Virus record (IMG/VR): IMGVR_UViG_3300029911_000018 | Origin: an uncultured virus (IMG/VR IMGVR_UViG_3300029911_000018) | Lineage: Duplodnaviria > Heunggongvirae > Uroviricota > Caudoviricetes | Reading direction: 5' to 3' (one strand) | Length of the DNA: 20,000 bases | In this document: positions 17,798 through 20,000 of the stretch, one piece after another | Position numbering within the stretch: position 1 is the stretch's first letter | Layout of the letters: the number at the start of each line of letters is the position of its first letter | Translations under genes and position numbers: made by a program | Notes under the pieces: model-generated | Told to the model about the DNA's origin: nothing | The model's database searches: none | Seen by the model: the letters and a program-made list of their open reading frames with translations, nothing else

Positions 17798-18202
17798 CTG
17801 AGCTTGATGTAGTATAGTGTTCGTCGCGTAGGCCACCTGAGCATCGATGGACGCTTGTTGCTTTAACATAGCTTGCCAACAAACTTTCGCTGCCGGGTCA
17901 ACGTTGGTGGTACCGTCTTGAATATAATGTTGGATACACCACTGAATAGCTTCTGCTGGCTGCAAAGAGGCAAATTGTTTGATGTTGGATTTGAAGTAGG
18001 TTTGCATCTTCGGCCATGTCATGGTCGCGGCAATATCGGTGAGTAGGACTTGAAGTGTACCTGACCCAGCATTCCATTGCAGAATTCCGGCTGACATTCC
18101 CATGCCATCAGAGTTCCCAGCTAGTGTATCGTATGCGGGAATCCCATCCTCAAACGTTCCTGTGATTTTGACGCACAGTTCGACCAGACTTTTGTTATCC
18201 AT
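17435..18202 (-). CDS. Lysozyme-superfamily (GH46/chitosanase-like) glycoside hydrolase, probable endolysin
   Basis: ITGTFE...Y..LAGNSDGMGMSAGILQWNAGSGTL mirrors the E...DGxGxxxG catalytic pattern of GH46-like enzymes, followed by FFDLVTQSG. SD AGAGGA lies 6 nt before the ATG at 18202. Confidence 0.7.
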   Translation of the reverse strand: MDNKSLVELCVKITGTFEDGIPAYDTLAGNSDGMGMSAGILQWNAGSGTLQVLLTDIAATMTWPKMQTYFKSNIKQFASLQPAEAIQWCIQHYIQDGTTNVDPAAKVCWQAMLKQQASIDAQVAYATNTILHQAQALALRFFPNNASNTRVISFFFDLVTQSGGMSKVAPLAPGVVPSIVNALDYAQQHDLKCAGMWELAVQNDPLATQLLYYAYSRSLLSNPQYVWDTFSRRGSIACRTGIVHGATVNFSQLLD

Positions 18203-18209
18203 AAACAAT

Positions 18210-18233
18210 CCTCTACTTAGCAGTTAGTAGAGG
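18210..18233. promoter_or_regulatory. 8-bp stem hairpin CCTCTACT-N8-AGTAGAGG covering the lysin SD; followed by TCTTTTT on the + strand
   Basis: Perfect inverted repeat at 18210-18217 / 18226-18233. Confidence 0.7.
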
Positions 18234-18420
18234 TCTTTTTGCGGGTCTTTATCCAGACTTGAATTCTTTCACGATGGGGTGGAACATGGGTGCTTCCCCA
18301 GCGGTTTCGGAGGTCTAAACACTCGTCTGTTTTCTCAACATGACACCGGGGACAGTTGGTGGTTTTTACCACCTCATCGTCTGTTGTCATGCTAATTCGC
18401 ACTTCACTGTCAGTTTTCAC
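18217..18420 (-). CDS. Small zinc-finger-like protein (CPRC-x7-C...HxxR)
   Basis: CPRCHVEKTDEC...HRER pattern, typical of small phage Zn-binding proteins. The start is either GTG 18420 or ATG 18390. Confidence 0.65.
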   Translation of the reverse strand: MKTDSEVRISMTTDDEVVKTTNCPRCHVEKTDECLDLRNRWGSTHVPPHRERIQVWIKTRKKTSTNC

Positions 18421-18601
18421 GTTTACGCACCAGCTTGACCGGCTCCTTCAGGAATACCTTGTACCAAGACATGTGGTCCCAGCCACCATTATCATTGCGT
18501 TGCTTTACACTGACGGTAGTGTCACAGTCCCGGACAACCTCGGCTTCATCCTCGCAGAAATAAACAATGTCGCCCGGTTCAAATGTGGGGAGTTGTTCCA
18601 T
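18410..18601 (-). CDS. 63-aa hypothetical protein with an SH3/KOW-like N-terminus (MEQLPTFEPGDIVYF)
   Basis: FxxGDxV motif. The ATG at 18601 overlaps the T-loop of the truncated tRNA-Lys. Confidence 0.65.
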   Translation of the reverse strand: MEQLPTFEPGDIVYFCEDEAEVVRDCDTTVSVKQRNDNGGWDHMSWYKVFLKEPVKLVRKREN

Positions 18602-18660
18602 TCGAACCTGCATCTCAACGCTTAAAAGGCGAGTCCTCTATCCGATTGAGTTACAGTCCC
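18600..18660 (-). pseudogene. Truncated/degenerate tRNA-Lys(UUU)
   Basis: The minus strand reads GGGACTG TA ACTC AATCGGATA GAGG A CTCGC CT TTT AA GCGTT GAGAT GCAGG TTCGAAT. The 3' T-stem, acceptor strand and CCA are missing, and the D and anticodon stems have mismatches. Confidence 0.8.
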
Positions 18661-18661
18661 G

Positions 18662-18738
18662 TGGTCCCCATCGTGGGATTCGAACCCACACTGAGCGGAT
18701 TTTAAGTCCGGTTCCTCTGCCAGTTGGGATACATGGGG
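18662..18738 (-). tRNA. tRNA-Leu(UAA), short variable arm, encoded CCA
   Basis: Minus-strand cloverleaf CCCCATG TA TCCCAACTGGCAGAGGA A CCGGA CT TAA AA TCCGC TCAGT GTGGG TTCGAAT CCCAC GATGGGG A CCA; 77 nt. Confidence 0.9.
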
Positions 18739-18753
18739 ATAGCTTGTAATACC

Positions 18754-18912
18754 TTAATCCCACTCGGGGTCTAGTTCTTGAGACAAGCGATGCAACACAT
18801 AGTATGCTTGTATCTGCCCCTCTGCATACGCATCCGACCATCTATCTGATTGCCATGCTTCTAGTACATGCTTGGCAGCGTTCCAGACCATACGGCTAGC
18901 TAGTTGGTCCAT
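18754..18912 (-). CDS. 52-aa hypothetical protein (MDQLASRMVWNAAKHVLEAWQ...DPEWD)
   Basis: Translated by hand. GGAGG SD 8 nt before the ATG. Fills the gap upstream of the tRNAs. Confidence 0.6.
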   Translation of the reverse strand: MDQLASRMVWNAAKHVLEAWQSDRWSDAYAEGQIQAYYVLHRLSQELDPEWD

Positions 18913-18915
18913 AGT

Positions 18916-18972
18916 CTATGCCTCCATACCTACAATCTTCTCTCTAAGTTTATCAACAACTTCATCCGTCAT
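18916..18972 (-). CDS. 18-aa micro-ORF MTDEVVDKLREKIVGMEA
   Basis: TAAGGAG directly upstream, though with very short spacing. Overlaps the end of the previous gene. Speculative. Confidence 0.3.
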   Translation of the reverse strand: MTDEVVDKLREKIVGMEA

Positions 18973-19234
18973 TCTCCTTAATCGAAGTTCTGGTTATATG
19001 CTTGTGATTCATAAAGCCCCAGTTTCCACTGGGTTTGGCGTGGTCATTGAAGTAGGTACAGCCGTCGCAGAGCGGAGAACCACAAACAAACTGTCCAGCG
19101 TAGTCGCACTCTTTGGTTGCCTGAGCCCCACACACCACGCAGACCTCTGCCTTATGCTTGGCACAGAACCGACCGTCAGTAGCCTCAGCGGCACATCTCC
19201 CACACCACGCAACGTTAAAAATACAGTTCTCCAT
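18962..19234 (-). CDS. Cys-rich multi-zinc-binding small protein
   Basis: C..WCGRC...FCAKH...CVVCG...ECD...CGSPLCDGC. The likely start is ATG 19234, just after the upstream stop codon. Confidence 0.75.
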   Translation of the reverse strand: MENCIFNVAWCGRCAAEATDGRFCAKHKAEVCVVCGAQATKECDYAGQFVCGSPLCDGCTYFNDHAKPSGNWGFMNHKHITRTSIKENDG

Positions 19235-19236
19235 CA

Positions 19237-19998
19237 CTAGCCTTTCTTGAGTCTGGACTTCCACCGCTCCTGTGTTTCGGCACCACCGTACATCAGGGGT
19301 TGAGCTTTCCAGTTCGTAATTCTTTCGGTGACTTCTTCGATGTCGGTGGTGAGGTGGTGAATCGCACTTTCAGTAGTATAAATCAAAGTCTCCCGCCGCC
19401 GTTCATACTCTCGTGAACCCTTCAGATAGACACGTTCTTCACTCTCATACCGTCCAAAGGTTTTGTGGATTTGAACTGTCTCGCGTAGCTCAGACATCTC
19501 ACTACCTTGTAGCTGGGTAAGGTATTGCTTCCGATTTTTAAGGAGTGTCTCCATCACTGATTTGAATGCAATCGCCCCATCAGGGGATAATTCCCACGCT
19601 TTGTAATCGTGCCCCATGCACATTCCAATATGGCCACAGTCGCGAGGTCTAGTATACCCATGAGCAACCAAAGTGCTATCAAAGGTGAGCTTCTGCCGCT
19701 TCATGCAGACGGGGCAGATGCCTGTGTTGGTGACATCTTTTTCGACAGGATTCTCGGATGGCTTGCGTCCTTTTACAATGAATGGTTTGACTGTTTTGAG
19801 TAGTTCGGCCAACACGGCGGCTTCTTCAAGGGCTTGAAGGTAGGGTTTCAACTCAGGGGCTTTCTTAACAGCCTTCAGTTTTTTAACATAGCCGGGGGCA
19901 TAGCTGAGTTGATTAACGGGGAGGTTATGACGGGGGTCGTTGTCACTCCATGTCCTGTAAATCTCACTCCCACCGCAGGGGTAGTATTGGTCTTGCAA
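19237..19998 (-). CDS. Hypothetical phage protein with a GxCPVC...HGY.RP...C Zn-binding motif and coiled-coil C-terminus; 5'-truncated by the window
   Basis: TGICPVCMK...VAHGYTRPRDCGHIGMCMG. The frame is open to the window edge. Confidence 0.75.
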   Translation of the reverse strand: MQDQYYPCGGSEIYRTWSDNDPRHNLPVNQLSYAPGYVKKLKAVKKAPELKPYLQALEEAAVLAELLKTVKPFIVKGRKPSENPVEKDVTNTGICPVCMKRQKLTFDSTLVAHGYTRPRDCGHIGMCMGHDYKAWELSPDGAIAFKSVMETLLKNRKQYLTQLQGSEMSELRETVQIHKTFGRYESEERVYLKGSREYERRRETLIYTTESAIHHLTTDIEEVTERITNWKAQPLMYGGAETQERWKSRLKKG

Positions 19999-20000
19999 GG

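Noticed and set aside
800..18235. Putative late-promoter motif ACT-Nx-TAG(A/G) upstream of ORFs 838, 1652, 8309 and the lysin
   Set aside because: The spacing is inconsistent (7-15 nt) and the TAGAGG/TAGGAG part is explained by SD sequences.
18567..18841. ORF-track entries 18567-18749 (+) and 18638-18841 (-)
   Set aside because: They overlap the tRNA-Leu and tRNA-Lys sequences, which explain the region better.
18754..18972. 18-aa ORF in frame with the 52-aa ORF across a single TAG (possible amber readthrough or alternative code)
   Set aside because: The downstream ORF has its own GGAGG SD. Long genes are uninterrupted in the standard code, other genes end cleanly in TAG, and no suppressor tRNA is seen.
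1..20000. CRISPR array, integrase/transposase or reverse transcriptase (DGR)
   Set aside because: No regularly spaced repeats, recombinase or RT motifs, or adenine-variable repeat pairs were seen. The 16- and 25-bp repeats occur only twice each.

Overview
This window looks like the tail/baseplate morphogenesis module of a large contractile-tailed (myovirus-like) phage, followed by an oppositely oriented cluster of small accessory genes. The + strand carries, in order: a partial upstream gene, a probable tail assembly chaperone, a 1118-aa tape measure protein, two paralogous tube-fold baseplate proteins (the first fused to a clear SLT lytic transglycosylase), a gp27-like hub, a gpV/gp5-like spike and a 995-aa protein ending in C1q-like and beta-clip-like domains. 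The - strand carries a membrane-protein 'moron' inside the tail operon, a GH46/lysozyme-fold lysin, several Cys-rich micro-genes, an intact short-arm tRNA-Leu(UAA) and a truncated tRNA-Lys(UUU). The most unusual signals are: (1) a 175-bp insert at the spike/next-gene junction, bounded by a perfect 16-bp direct repeat, that would read as one 67-aa ORF if circularised; (2) a perfect 25-bp copy of internal lysin sequence forming the end of another gene; (3) a hairpin masking the lysin ribosome-binding site; (4) a tRNA-Lys cut at its T-loop and fused to an ORF start; (5) a 66-aa mini-paralog of the upstream gene. All protein assignments come from motif recognition and synteny by eye, and no database searches were run.
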